DNA of 51,795 nucleotides, taken from assembly GCA_965225945.1 (NCBI GenBank), contig CBDDBZ010000001.1, positions 1 to 51,795 of the forward strand. Direction: 5' to 3'. The notes below the pieces were generated by a model. That model was not told the DNA's origin, did no database searches, and saw nothing but the letters and a program-made list of their open reading frames with translations. This DNA is from Alphaproteobacteria bacterium (GTDB lineage Bacteria > Pseudomonadota > Alphaproteobacteria > GCA-2731375). Below, piece by piece: positions 19,559-29,218 of this stretch. Position 1 is the stretch's first letter. The number at the start of each line of letters is the position of its first letter. Both the position numbers and the translations under genes were made by a program.

Positions 19559-20524
19559 TCAGGCGCCGTGCTTGACGCGGACGAGCTTGCGCAAGCTCGG
19601 CAGGTCGTGGGGCGGCGGGTCCTCGGAGAACCGCGGCCAGGCGGTGAAGGAGACCTCGCCGAGGTAGACGTCGCCCCGGCTGTCGACCGCCAGGCCGTGC
19701 GGCGCGATGAACTGGCCCGGCGCCAGCCCGGCGCGGAGGTCACCGACCCGGGCGACCGCCTTGCCCAGGTTATCGACGATCGAGAGACGCGGGCCGATGT
19801 TCGGCACGTCGAAATTGACCGCCATGCCCGGGCCGAGCTCGCCGATGTAGCAGAGCGGGTCCTTACCCGTCTCCATGCAGAGGCCACAGGGCCGGTGCAT
19901 GTCGTGCCACTGGGTCTCGAACTTGCCGTCGCCGTTGAACACCTGGACGCGGTGGTTCTCCCGGTCGGCGACGTAGACCCAACCGTCGGCGTCGCAGCAG
20001 ATGTTGTGGGGGATGTTGAACTGGCCCGGATCGGTGCCGGGCTCGCCCCAGGAGAACAGCAGCTTGCCGTCGGGCGAAAATTTGTGCACCCGCGCGTTGC
20101 CGTAGCCGTCGGAGACGTAGAGCTCGCCCTGGGGCGAGAGCGCGGTGTGGGTGCAGCGGTGGAACGGCTCGCCCGCCATGTAAGCGCTCGGCTCGCCGGG
20201 AATGCCGAGGGTCATCACCACCTTGCCATCGAGCGTGCAGGCCCGCATCGTGTGATCGCCGTCGTCGGTGCAATAGAGCGTCTCGTCCGGGCCGATGTGG
20301 AGGCCATGCGCCCGGCGGAACAGCCCCTCGCCCCAGGAGCGCAGGAAGTTGCCGTCGGCATCGAAGACGATCATCGGGTGTTCGCCGCGATTGAAGACGT
20401 AGACGTTGTCGTTGTGGTCGACCGCGACCGCCGCGACGTCGTTGAAGGCCCAGCCGTCGGGCAGCTTCGCCCACTCCCGCTCGACCCGATAGGTGAACGC
20501 GCCGCTTCCCAGGATCACCGACAT
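19559..20524 (-). CDS. NHL-repeat beta-propeller, peptidyl-alpha-hydroxyglycine amidating lyase-like
   Basis: YVSDGYGNARV, PGQFNIPH, YVADRENHRVQ, FIAPHGLAVD. Confidence 0.88.
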   Translation of the reverse strand: MSVILGSGAFTYRVEREWAKLPDGWAFNDVAAVAVDHNDNVYVFNRGEHPMIVFDADGNFLRSWGEGLFRRAHGLHIGPDETLYCTDDGDHTMRACTLDGKVVMTLGIPGEPSAYMAGEPFHRCTHTALSPQGELYVSDGYGNARVHKFSPDGKLLFSWGEPGTDPGQFNIPHNICCDADGWVYVADRENHRVQVFNGDGKFETQWHDMHRPCGLCMETGKDPLCYIGELGPGMAVNFDVPNIGPRLSIVDNLGKAVARVGDLRAGLAPGQFIAPHGLAVDSRGDVYLGEVSFTAWPRFSEDPPPHDLPSLRKLVRVKHGA

Positions 20525-20660
20525 CGCCGTCCCTCCCCGTCTCCGATCGCTTCGGTGAAGAGTAGACCGCCAGCGGCCGCGAGGCCACCGGCGGTCTTGC
20601 GCACCGAGTGCCACCATCGCATCATCGCGTCCCGCCACGGAACCGGAGGCCCGTCGAGGC

Positions 20661-21011
20661 ATGCGCATTCACAACCTCTATAGCGACGACGACGGGCAAT
20701 CCCATTTCCGCGATATCGAGGTCGAATGGGTGAGCGAGAGCCCGTCGGGCAAGCTCTCGGAACGGCTGCCGGCCAGCGGCATCATCTTTCGCCAGGTCCC
20801 CGCCGAATACGACCTCGACTGGCATCCCGCACCCCGGCGCCAGTACATCATCAACCTCGACGCGGGCGTGCGGATCACCGCAAGCGACGGCGAGGCCCGC
20901 GAGATCGGCGCCGGCGAGGTGATCCTGGTCGAGGACACCACCGGCCAGGGCCACCTCAGCCAAGCGCTCGCGGCAGAGATCCGCCACTGCATCTTCGTGC
21001 CGATCGATTGA
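20661..21011 (+). CDS. Small cupin-fold protein
   Basis: DWHPAPRRQY...EDTTGQGH pattern. Confidence 0.75.
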   Translation: MRIHNLYSDDDGQSHFRDIEVEWVSESPSGKLSERLPASGIIFRQVPAEYDLDWHPAPRRQYIINLDAGVRITASDGEAREIGAGEVILVEDTTGQGHLSQALAAEIRHCIFVPID

Positions 21012-21057
21012 TCGATCCGACGGCGCGGCACCTGGCGCCCGCCTCGGGGCCGAGGGC

Positions 21058-22257
21058 ATGGTCTTGAGTTTCGAGCGCCGGGTGCTGGTCTGGATGTGCG
21101 TGCTGATCGCGGTCAATCAGCTCGGCTTCGGCTCGATCGTGCCGGTCATGCCGCTCTATGCGCTGACCTTCGGCGTCTCCGCCTCGGCGATCGGCCTCGC
21201 CGTCGCGGTCTATGGTCTGGCGCGCTTCGTGATGGCGATGCCGGCGGGCCAGCTCGCGGACCGGCTGGGCCGGCGGCCGACGCTCGCCATCGGCGGCCTG
21301 ATCTCGGCGGCGGGCAATATCTGGTGCGCGCTCGCCACCGGGTACCCCGAGTTCATCCTGGCCCGCTTCCTCGCCGGCGCCGGGGCCGGCCTGGTGCTCA
21401 CCACGGGGCAAATCGTGCTCGCCGACATCACCACGCCCGCGCGTCGCGGCCGGACCATGGCGATTTACCAGGGAACCTTCATCTTCGCCGTCGGCATCGG
21501 CCCGCTCCCCGGCGGCATCCTCGCCGAGCTCTATGGCCTGGCGGCGCCGTTCTGGGCCTATGGCGGCCTCGGCTTGGGCGTCAGCGCCGTCGCCTGGTTC
21601 GCGGTCGGCGAGACCCGGGGGCTCGCAGCCGAGGGCGCGGCCGGCGCCGCCGCGCGACCAACATTTCTGACCCAGATCCGGCTGCTGGCCGACCAGATCG
21701 GCTTCCTGCTGGTGTGCGCAATCGCCTTCATGAACGCGGTGGTCAGGACCGGCGGCCTCTTTACCATCATACCCGTCCTGGGGAGCGTGCGCCTGGCGCT
21801 CTCCGCCACCCAGATCGGCTTCGCCCTGGCGCTCGGCAGCCTCGTCGGCCTGCTGGCTGCCTATCCGGCCGGCATGCTGGTCGACCGCTTCGGCCGCAAG
21901 GCGGTGACCGTGCCGGCGACGATGCTGACGGCGGCCTCGATGGTGCTGTTCTGCCTCGCTCCCTCGCTTCCCTGGTTCACCGCCGCCTGCGTGGTCTGGG
22001 GCGTGGCCTCCTCGGTCGGCGGCAGCGCGCCGGCCGCCTATGCCGCCGATTCCGCCGCGCCGGGCATGAACGCGGCGGCGATGAGCACCTACCGCATGGC
22101 CGGCGACTTCGGCTACGTGGTCGGCCCGATCGCCCTCGGCTTGATCGTCGACGCCCAGGGCCCGGTGGCGGCGCTGCTGCTGGCGGCGGCGCCGTTGGCG
22201 CTCGTCGGCCTGCTGTTCGCACGCTTCGCGCCGGAGAGCTATCGCGGCGACAGGTGA
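21058..22257 (+). CDS. MFS transporter
   Basis: ~12 TM segments; GQLADRLGRR and GMLVDRFGRK motifs. Confidence 0.92.
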   Translation: MVLSFERRVLVWMCVLIAVNQLGFGSIVPVMPLYALTFGVSASAIGLAVAVYGLARFVMAMPAGQLADRLGRRPTLAIGGLISAAGNIWCALATGYPEFILARFLAGAGAGLVLTTGQIVLADITTPARRGRTMAIYQGTFIFAVGIGPLPGGILAELYGLAAPFWAYGGLGLGVSAVAWFAVGETRGLAAEGAAGAAARPTFLTQIRLLADQIGFLLVCAIAFMNAVVRTGGLFTIIPVLGSVRLALSATQIGFALALGSLVGLLAAYPAGMLVDRFGRKAVTVPATMLTAASMVLFCLAPSLPWFTAACVVWGVASSVGGSAPAAYAADSAAPGMNAAAMSTYRMAGDFGYVVGPIALGLIVDAQGPVAALLLAAAPLALVGLLFARFAPESYRGDR

Positions 22258-22289
22258 GGGCCGGCTTCGGGGACTTGTCGGGCGGACTC

Positions 22290-22961
22290 TCAGGGCACGG
22301 GCGACGCGAGGACGCAGCGATCCTCGGCGAAGGCGAGGGGGGCCTCGGTCAGGGCTTTGAGCCCGTCCGGCGTCAGCCCCTCGACCATCTCGCGGACGAG
22401 AAAGCCCTCGGGCGTCACGTCGACGACGGCGAGATCGGTGTAGATCCGGTCCACCACGCCGAGGGCGGTCAGGGGGTAGCTACAATGCCCGACCAGGCGG
22501 GGCGCGCCGTCCTTGGTGGTGTGCGCCATCAGCACCCGTACCGAGCGCGCGCCCATCGCCAGGTCCATGGCGCCACCGACCAGCGGCCCCTTGTCCCCGC
22601 GAGCTGAATCCCAGTTGGCGAGGTCGCCCGAGGCGGAGACCTGGAAGGCGCCCAGCAAGGTGACGTCGAGATGGCCGCCCCGGATCATCGCGAAGGCATC
22701 GCCCGAGCCGACCACGGCGGCACCCCGCGCCAGTGTCACCCGTCGGCTGCCGGCGTCGACCAGGTCGGCGCTGGCCGCCTCGGCCGACGCGAGGGGACCG
22801 ACGCCGACGAGGCCGTTTTCCGAATGGAACAGGATCTCCCGGCCCGGCGGCGCATGGTCGGCCGCCAGCACCGGCAGGCCGAGCCCGAGGTTGACGTAAG
22901 CACCCTCGGCCAAGTCCTGGGCGGCGCGCCAGGCGATGGCTTCGCGGCTCAGCGCTTTCAC
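22290..22961 (-). CDS. 3-oxoacid CoA-transferase subunit B
   Basis: YVNLGLGLP, HSENG, GDLANW, GGAMDL. Confidence 0.92.
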   Translation of the reverse strand: MKALSREAIAWRAAQDLAEGAYVNLGLGLPVLAADHAPPGREILFHSENGLVGVGPLASAEAASADLVDAGSRRVTLARGAAVVGSGDAFAMIRGGHLDVTLLGAFQVSASGDLANWDSARGDKGPLVGGAMDLAMGARSVRVLMAHTTKDGAPRLVGHCSYPLTALGVVDRIYTDLAVVDVTPEGFLVREMVEGLTPDGLKALTEAPLAFAEDRCVLASPVP

Positions 22962-22971
22962 GGGCCGCTCC

Positions 22972-23640
22972 CTACGCCACGTCCGCCACGACGCGCTGGA
23001 CGAAAATGCCGGCGATGTCGACGGCGTGGGGGTCCAGCGGGTCGTCGGACAGCTCGGCCACCTCCACCACCGTGGTTTCCGCCGCCGTCGCCATCGCGGA
23101 GGCGAAATTCAGCTGCGTGCCGGTGAAGGAAATATTGCCCCAGCGGTCGGCCCGCTCCGCCCGGATCAGCGCGAAGTCGGCCCGAATCGCGTATTCCAGA
23201 ACGCACGGCCGGCCGTCGAAGTCGCGGATTTCCTTGCCCTCGGCGAGCCGCGTGCCGGCCCCAGTGGGCGTAAAGAAGGCCGGGATGCCGGCGCCGCCGG
23301 CGCGAATGCGCTCGACTAAGCTGCCCTGCGGCACCAGCTCCAGCGCCAGTTCGCCGTCGAAGATCTGCCGCTCGAAGCGGGCGGTGCCGGCGCCCCGGCT
23401 GCGGGCGGCGCTGGAGATCGCGGCGCGGATCCGGCGCGCCTCGAACAGCTCCGGCGCGTGGATCTCGATCATCCGCAGGCTGTTGACGATCACCGTCAGG
23501 TCCCCCGCCCCGCCCGCCGCCAGCGCCTTGATCAGGGCGACCGGCAGGCCGGCGCCGCCGAAGCCGTTCACCATCACCCGGGCCCCCGAGCCAAGCCCGG
23601 CGAGCGCCGCTTCCATACTCGCTACGCGCTTGTCGATCAC
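22972..23640 (-). CDS. 3-oxoacid CoA-transferase subunit A
   Basis: MIDKRV, GFGGAG, VPQGSLVERIRAGGAGIPAFFTPTG. Confidence 0.92.
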   Translation of the reverse strand: MIDKRVASMEAALAGLGSGARVMVNGFGGAGLPVALIKALAAGGAGDLTVIVNSLRMIEIHAPELFEARRIRAAISSAARSRGAGTARFERQIFDGELALELVPQGSLVERIRAGGAGIPAFFTPTGAGTRLAEGKEIRDFDGRPCVLEYAIRADFALIRAERADRWGNISFTGTQLNFASAMATAAETTVVEVAELSDDPLDPHAVDIAGIFVQRVVADVA

Positions 23641-23765
23641 GGCGTGAAGACGCCCTCGCCGCTCTCCGGTCGGTCCAACGAGCGGTAGGCTTCCTCCGCC
23701 TGGTCGAACACCCCGTCGGCGCCGAGATCGGTGGCGAGTTCGCCGAATAACACCACGGCCTTCAT
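23637..23765 (-). pseudogene. 42-aa mini-ORF, hollowed remnant of an MDR/zinc-binding dehydrogenase
   Basis: AAGGAG RBS; MKAVVLFGELATDLGADGVFDQAEEAYRSLDRPESGEGVFTP*; stop overlaps next start (GTGA). Confidence 0.6.
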
Positions 23766-23819
23766 GGCGCCACGCTCCTTATCCGCCGACATCGGCGGAA
23801 ATCCAAACCATTCGGGCGA

Positions 23820-24791
23820 TTACCCGCCTCCGGCCCGGTAACCACGCGGCAGGTCGAGGCCGACGCCCTCCAGCGCGCCGAACAGGCGATGCAGCGTCGC
23901 GACGTCGGCCTCCGGCAGGGGCGGCTTCATGATCGAGGCGACGTTGCGGCGCAGGTGCGCGACATCGCCGGTGCCGAACAGGACCACGTCCGCGCCCTCC
24001 TGGTGCGCGGCGTAGCGATAGGCGGCGTCGATCACGTCGTCGTCGCCGCTCTCGTGGAGCAGAAAATCCAGCGGCGCCGAAGCCGCGGCCAGATCCCTCG
24101 GCAGTCGGTTCTCGGCCGCCAGCTTCGCGATCGTTTCGCGCCGATAGTCGGGATCGCTGAAGATCCGCCGGACCACGAACATCAACAGCGTGCCGATGCG
24201 CTTTTCCCGGGTCAGGGGAAAGACCAGGGCCCGCGCGTTCTGGTGCATCATGTGGAAGGCGAACATCACCACCTCCCAGTGGGGCTCATGCAGGGCGCGG
24301 GAGAGCATCTCGTGGCCCGAATCGCGTACCGCGGCCTCGGTGATGCCGAGATGGCACAACTTGCCGCGCTGCTTCTCCGCCAATAGCGCCGGCACCAGGA
24401 CCTCGCGGACGTGGTCGTATTCGGCCGGCCGCACGCCGTGGAAATGGAAGACGTCGACATGGTCGGTGCCGAGGCGACGGAGCGAGGCCTCCAGGTTCGC
24501 CACCACGCCCTTCGCGTCCAACAGCGCGCCGTCGCGGCGAATTCGGCTCTTGGTCGAGATCACCACCGAATCGCGATCCACTTCGCGGATCGCCTTGCCG
24601 ACGATCTCCTCGGTGCCGTAGGCCTCCGCCGTGTCGATCAGGTTGACGCCGAGGTCGATGGCCTCGCGCACCAGGGCCACGGATTCCGCCTCGCTCCGGC
24701 CGGTGGCCTTGCCGAGCCGGCTGGAGCCGCCGCAGCCGAATCCGGCGACACCCACCCGCAATCCCGTCCGCCCCAGCGTCGTCCGCCGCAT
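23820..24791 (-). CDS. Aldo/keto reductase
   Basis: LGRTGLRV, IDTAEAYG, ISTK, SLRRLGTDHVD. Confidence 0.9.
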   Translation of the reverse strand: MRRTTLGRTGLRVGVAGFGCGGSSRLGKATGRSEAESVALVREAIDLGVNLIDTAEAYGTEEIVGKAIREVDRDSVVISTKSRIRRDGALLDAKGVVANLEASLRRLGTDHVDVFHFHGVRPAEYDHVREVLVPALLAEKQRGKLCHLGITEAAVRDSGHEMLSRALHEPHWEVVMFAFHMMHQNARALVFPLTREKRIGTLLMFVVRRIFSDPDYRRETIAKLAAENRLPRDLAAASAPLDFLLHESGDDDVIDAAYRYAAHQEGADVVLFGTGDVAHLRRNVASIMKPPLPEADVATLHRLFGALEGVGLDLPRGYRAGGG

Positions 24792-24944
24792 GCCGTCCCC
24801 CCCGTGATCGGAAATTGGACCGGCGGATGCCGATCCGCGCCCTGAGCATAGCACGCGCCGTTGCCTGAACCGTCGCCCTCGTGTGAGAGTGCCGCCTCCT
24901 TGCCCTCGGGCGGCCCGCCGGCCAGCCTCCGAGGATGCGATCAG

Positions 24945-25064
24945 ATGAAAGCCGTGGTTCTGGGCGAGATGAACCTGCCGATCGACCGTACCTTCCCGTT
25001 GGCCGAGGCGGCGGCACACATGGGTGCCAACGCGCATTTCGCCAAGTTCGTGCTGGAGGTGTGA
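24945..25064 (+). pseudogene. 39-aa mini-ORF, hollowed remnant of an MDR/quinone oxidoreductase
   Basis: MKAVVLGE joined to MNLPIDRTFPLAEAAAHMGANAHFAKFVLEV*, the typical MDR start and end. Confidence 0.7.
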
Positions 25065-25074
25065 GGGGGGCGGG

Positions 25075-25413
25075 ATGGCGGTGCGTTTGGACAAGCCCTG
25101 GCGGGCGCTGACGGCGGAAAACGTGGAGGCGGTGGGCGGCCATCTGGGCGTCTATCAGTTGGCCGACGCGGCGACGCGAATCCTCTATATCGGCGTCGCG
25201 GGCGGGCGGACGCTCTTCGGCCTAAAAGGCGAGCTGCGCCGCGTCCTGGAGGCGCCGCCCGAGGGCGCCAGCCAATTCCGCGTCGAGGTCACCATGAGCT
25301 ACCGGACCCGGCACTTCGAGCTTTTGCAAGCGTATCGCTCGGACCACGACGGCCTGCCGCCCGCCAACACCGACGTCGACGTGGCGAGCCTCGGCCGCCT
25401 TCGCCTGGATTAG
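25075..25413 (+). CDS. Small conserved hypothetical protein with GIY-YIG-like motif
   Basis: GVYQL...ILYIG...E pattern; 112 aa. Confidence 0.65.
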   Translation: MAVRLDKPWRALTAENVEAVGGHLGVYQLADAATRILYIGVAGGRTLFGLKGELRRVLEAPPEGASQFRVEVTMSYRTRHFELLQAYRSDHDGLPPANTDVDVASLGRLRLD

Positions 25414-25621
25414 GGCGCCCGGTGACTCCGCGCCCGGTGACTCCGCTTGCCGCCGCGTGCGTAGTCGGCTAGAACGGCTGGGGAGCGAAATCGCGAACCC
25501 GAGCGGTTTCGATCGGGGGGGCCCGTAGACCTCGTAGGACATTTCCCGTCGGATCGCTCGCGCGAACGACGGACCCACGGGCGGCGGCGCCAACCAGGCA
25601 ACAATAATCGGGAGCATTGGG

Positions 25622-26761
25622 TTGCGAAGCGCCAAGCTAGCCGTCGTCGTCATGACCATCTCGCTCGCGGGATGCGCCGTCGACTCCGAGGATCTCTGGC
25701 CGTTCGGCTCCAACGAGCCGGCGCCACCACCGCCCGCGCCGGTATCCCAAGGCGCGGCGCCGCCACCGCCACAGTTTCCGAGCGCGGGGTCGCCGGCATC
25801 GCTCGCGCCCGTGACGCCGGTGCGGGTGGGCGAAACCGGCACGCTGGTCGGCCGAAAGACCGCCGAGCTGCGCCGCGAGCTCGATCGCCTGAACCAGCGG
25901 CTCTCCGAGCAAGGCGAGCGTCTGACCCAGGTCCGCCGGGCGACGGTGGAGAACGCGCAGCGCTATCACGGCACCGTCGCGGCGGTGACCGCGCGCCTGC
26001 AGCTCGGCACCACGCCGGGCAATCCGGTGCTGGTGAGCCAGTGGAACGCCGCGCAGGCCGAGCTCGACCGGATCAACGGCGACATCATGGCCTTGAACAC
26101 GCTGGCCAACGAGGTAGCGAGCAATTCGGCGCTGGCCAACTACGTGCTGGAATCGTCGCGCGCCGCCTATGGGCTGACCGGCGCGATCGACGAGGATCAT
26201 CGCCAGCTCGCGATCCTCGAGGACGATACCAACCGCACCGCCGTCCTGGTCGACCGCCTGTTGGCCGAGATCAACGAGGATATCGCTCGCCAGAGCGCCT
26301 ATGTCGGCACCGAGCGCGACAATCTCGCGACCCTCAGCCAAGCGGTGAAAAACGGCGAGCTGTTCGGCTCCAACCTGGCGCTCCGCTCGGCCTACGGGCG
26401 GGGTAATGCGCCGATGTTCTCGAACTCCTCGACGCCCCGGGGCGGCTTTGCCATGGGCGGCCGCCGCCCCCTGGTGGTGATCCGCTTCGACCGCCCGGAC
26501 GTGGCCTATGAGCGGGCGCTCTATTCGGCCGTGGCCCGGGCGCTGGAGAACCGGCCGGCGGCGGCGTTCGACGTCGTCGCGGTGACGCCGGCGGCCGGCA
26601 AGGCGGCCCAGGTCGCGCTCTACCAGTCACAGTCGAAGCGCTTCGCCAATCGGGTGATGAAGTCGCTGACCGAGATGGGGATGCCGGCCAGCCGGGTCTC
26701 CCTCGCCGCGACCACCAGCCCCGGCGCGAGCACCAGCGAAGTCCACGTCTACCTGCGCTGA
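25622..26761 (+). CDS. Putative lipoprotein with Pro-rich linker and coiled coil
   Basis: Lipobox LAGC, PAPPPP linker, heptad region, C-terminal PLVVIRF domain. Confidence 0.75.
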   Translation: MRSAKLAVVVMTISLAGCAVDSEDLWPFGSNEPAPPPPAPVSQGAAPPPPQFPSAGSPASLAPVTPVRVGETGTLVGRKTAELRRELDRLNQRLSEQGERLTQVRRATVENAQRYHGTVAAVTARLQLGTTPGNPVLVSQWNAAQAELDRINGDIMALNTLANEVASNSALANYVLESSRAAYGLTGAIDEDHRQLAILEDDTNRTAVLVDRLLAEINEDIARQSAYVGTERDNLATLSQAVKNGELFGSNLALRSAYGRGNAPMFSNSSTPRGGFAMGGRRPLVVIRFDRPDVAYERALYSAVARALENRPAAAFDVVAVTPAAGKAAQVALYQSQSKRFANRVMKSLTEMGMPASRVSLAATTSPGASTSEVHVYLR

Positions 26762-26784
26762 ATGGATTTCGGCGCCGAGCCGCG

Positions 26785-28128
26785 TCACAGCGCCGCCAGG
26801 ACACCCTCCACCAGCTTGGCCGAGAGGCCGACATAGTCGGCCGGGTCGAGCAGGCGGTCGATTTCCGCCGCATCGAGATGCTCGCTGACGCGAGTGTCTT
26901 CGCAAAGCGCCCGGCGGAAGCCGATCCCCTCCTCCTGGGCCCGCATGGCGACCTCGTAGACGACCTCGTGCGCGGTCTGCTTGCCGATCGTCTCGCCCAA
27001 CACCAACATCACCCGCTCCGAGAGCAGCAGACCGCCCAGCAGATCGGCGTTCTCCCGCATACGCTCCGGCCGTACCTCCATGCCGGCCGTGACCGCCGCC
27101 ATCCGCCGGGCGAGCGCACCGCTATAGATCATCATTTCCGGCAGCGCCGCGAGCTCGATCCTGAGCAGGCCGGCGTCCCGCTCGTGTTCGTGGATCGCCG
27201 CGTCGGTGAGGGCTAGAAACTGCGACCTGACGAGGCGGGAGAGGGCGAAGGAGAGCTCCACCGAGGACGGGTTCTGCTTGTGCGGCATGGTGGAGCTGCC
27301 GACCTTGCCCATGTGGAAGGGTTCACGTAGCTCGCCGATTTCCGGTTTCTGCAGGCTATATATCTCCCGCGCCATCTTGCCCAGGGTGGCGCTGACTTGA
27401 AGCATGAGTGAGGCCAGCTCGACGATGCGGTCGCGCGCCGAATGCCAGCAGATCGCCGGCACGCCGAGCTCGAGCTTGGCGAGTGCACGGGCCTGCATCT
27501 CGATTCCTTGGCTGCCGAAAGAGGCCATGGAGCCGACGGCCCCGGTGATGTTGCCGACGAAGATCCGCGTCTCCGCCTCGTCCATCCGCCGGCGATGGCG
27601 GCCCAGCTCGTCGATCCAGACCGCGAGCTTGTAGCCGAAGGTGATGGGAAGCGCATGCTGACCGTGGGTGCGGCCGACCATGACCGTCGCCTTGTGGCTC
27701 TCGGCCTGGGACGCCAGGTTCGCCGTCACTCGGCTGAGGTCGGCCCGGAGCAGGCGCCAGGCCTCGCGCGCCTGCAGGATCGCGCCGGTATCCATGATGT
27801 CCTGGGTCGTGGCGCCCCAATGGATGAACTCTCCGGCGCCGTCCTCGCAGAGCTGCTCCAGCGCGCGAAGCGCCGGCACCAGGGGATGCGCGGTCTCGGC
27901 GATGCCGGCGCCGATCGCCGCCAAGTCCACGTCCTCGACCCTCGCCTTGGCGCGGATCTCGCGCGCGGCGGCCTGCGGGATCATGCCCAGTTCGCCCTGC
28001 GCCTCGGCCAGCGCCACCTCGACCGCGAACCATTTGCGGACCCGGTTCTCGTCGCTATAGACGCTTCGGTAGTCGTCGGGCGCGAAACTCGGACCATAGA
28101 GCACGGAATCGATTACATGGCTGGCCAC
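26785..28128 (-). CDS. Adenylosuccinate lyase / PcaB-like fumarase-superfamily lyase
   Basis: HWGATTQD, GRTHGQHA, GSSTMPHKQNP; GTG start at 28128 after AGAGGAG. Confidence 0.9.
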   Translation of the reverse strand: MASHVIDSVLYGPSFAPDDYRSVYSDENRVRKWFAVEVALAEAQGELGMIPQAAAREIRAKARVEDVDLAAIGAGIAETAHPLVPALRALEQLCEDGAGEFIHWGATTQDIMDTGAILQAREAWRLLRADLSRVTANLASQAESHKATVMVGRTHGQHALPITFGYKLAVWIDELGRHRRRMDEAETRIFVGNITGAVGSMASFGSQGIEMQARALAKLELGVPAICWHSARDRIVELASLMLQVSATLGKMAREIYSLQKPEIGELREPFHMGKVGSSTMPHKQNPSSVELSFALSRLVRSQFLALTDAAIHEHERDAGLLRIELAALPEMMIYSGALARRMAAVTAGMEVRPERMRENADLLGGLLLSERVMLVLGETIGKQTAHEVVYEVAMRAQEEGIGFRRALCEDTRVSEHLDAAEIDRLLDPADYVGLSAKLVEGVLAAL

Positions 28129-28214
28129 GGCGGGCGCTCCTCTTGCTCTGGGCGGCGGGCCGATCATACCCGCTCGACCGGCGCCGTCGACCGGCGCGCG
28201 AGGCTGCGCCTCGG

Positions 28215-28244
28215 TTGACGCTTGCGCGACGCGCCACCTATTGT
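28215..28244 (+). promoter_or_regulatory. Possible sigma70 promoter for the zapA locus
   Basis: TTGACG-N18-TATTGT upstream of ATG 28292. Confidence 0.35.
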
Positions 28245-28291
28245 GACCGCTGGGACGCCGGGTCGCGGCCGGCGACGATTCGGGCGAGCGC

Positions 28292-28579
28292 ATGGGCAAG
28301 GCCGAAACGATCAGGAAACGGCTGGAAGCGGCGATCGATCGCGTGGAAACGGCGCTCGAGACGGCGGAACGCCGGCGTGAGGCGGCACGAGAATTGGACG
28401 GGCTAGATAGCGACGAGGCGGCGGGACGGCTGGCCGACGCGGAGGCGAAGAGCGCACGGCTGAGCGGCGAACTCGAGACGCTCGAGGGGGAACACGCGGC
28501 CTTGCGCGAAATCGCCGACACCGTCTCCGATCGGCTCGACAAGGCGATCGGCGAACTTCGGACCGTTTTGGAGGGCTGA
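28292..28579 (+). CDS. Coiled-coil protein upstream of zapA (DUF4164-like)
   Basis: All-helical, ends VSDRLDKAIGELRTVLEG; conserved position before zapA. Confidence 0.75.
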   Translation: MGKAETIRKRLEAAIDRVETALETAERRREAARELDGLDSDEAAGRLADAEAKSARLSGELETLEGEHAALREIADTVSDRLDKAIGELRTVLEG

Positions 28580-28580
28580 C

Positions 28581-28934
28581 ATGGGTCAGGTCTCGATCAC
28601 CGTCAACGGACGCGACTATAAGATCGCCTGCGACGACGGCGAGGAAGAGCACCTCGCCTACCTCGCGAGCTACATCAGTCACCATGCCGATGACCTGGTG
28701 GGCAGCGCGGGGCAGGTCGGCGAGGCGCGGTTGTTGCTGATGACCGCCCTGGTGCTGGCGGATGAGCTGTCGACCGCTTTTTCGGAACTCGACGAGCTGC
28801 GCGGTGGCGGGGACGGAGGCAACACTAGCGGCCTCATGCGCCCCGCCGGAACGGACAACGGCGATGCCCGCGAAGCGATGGAGGCGCTGGTCGCGAGCCT
28901 CGAACGTCTTGCCGAACGCTTGGAAAGCACCTAA
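28581..28934 (+). CDS. zapA: Cell division protein ZapA
   Basis: MGQVSITVNGRDYKIACDDGEEEHL...RLLLMTALVLADEL. Confidence 0.92.
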   Translation: MGQVSITVNGRDYKIACDDGEEEHLAYLASYISHHADDLVGSAGQVGEARLLLMTALVLADELSTAFSELDELRGGGDGGNTSGLMRPAGTDNGDAREAMEALVASLERLAERLEST

Positions 28935-28941
28935 TTATGCC

Positions 28942-29113
28942 GTTCGGACGGGCCTCTGCGATGCGCGTCAGGCTAAGCGTGTCCCTGGGCCAGTGCACGT
29001 TGTGACGGGAGCTGTCCCTTCCGGAGCCCTGGCTTCGGTATCACGGCGCCCACCTGCTGAGGCAGGCCACAGCGGACCGATAGACGCCAACGGCACTCGC
29101 GGACCCGTCCGAC
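28942..29113 (+). ncRNA. ssrS: 6S RNA
   Basis: Between zapA and fau; 5' TCGGACGGG pairs with 3' CCCGTCCGA; internal GTCCCTGGG, GGGAGCTGTCCCT, GGCGCCCACCT segments as in alphaproteobacterial 6S; ends approximate. Confidence 0.85.
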
Positions 29114-29218
29114 CCCTGTCCCGACGCACAGAGTCCGACCGATAAGTCCCCGAGGCGGGTGATGTGGCCAAAAGTCGCCGATGGCGATATTTGGGTCAGA
29201 CACATAGAGCCGGCGAGA

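Noticed and set aside
25415-25446. 15-bp tandem repeat GCGCCCGGTGACTCC x2
   Set aside because: Only two units, intergenic; most simply a slippage duplication
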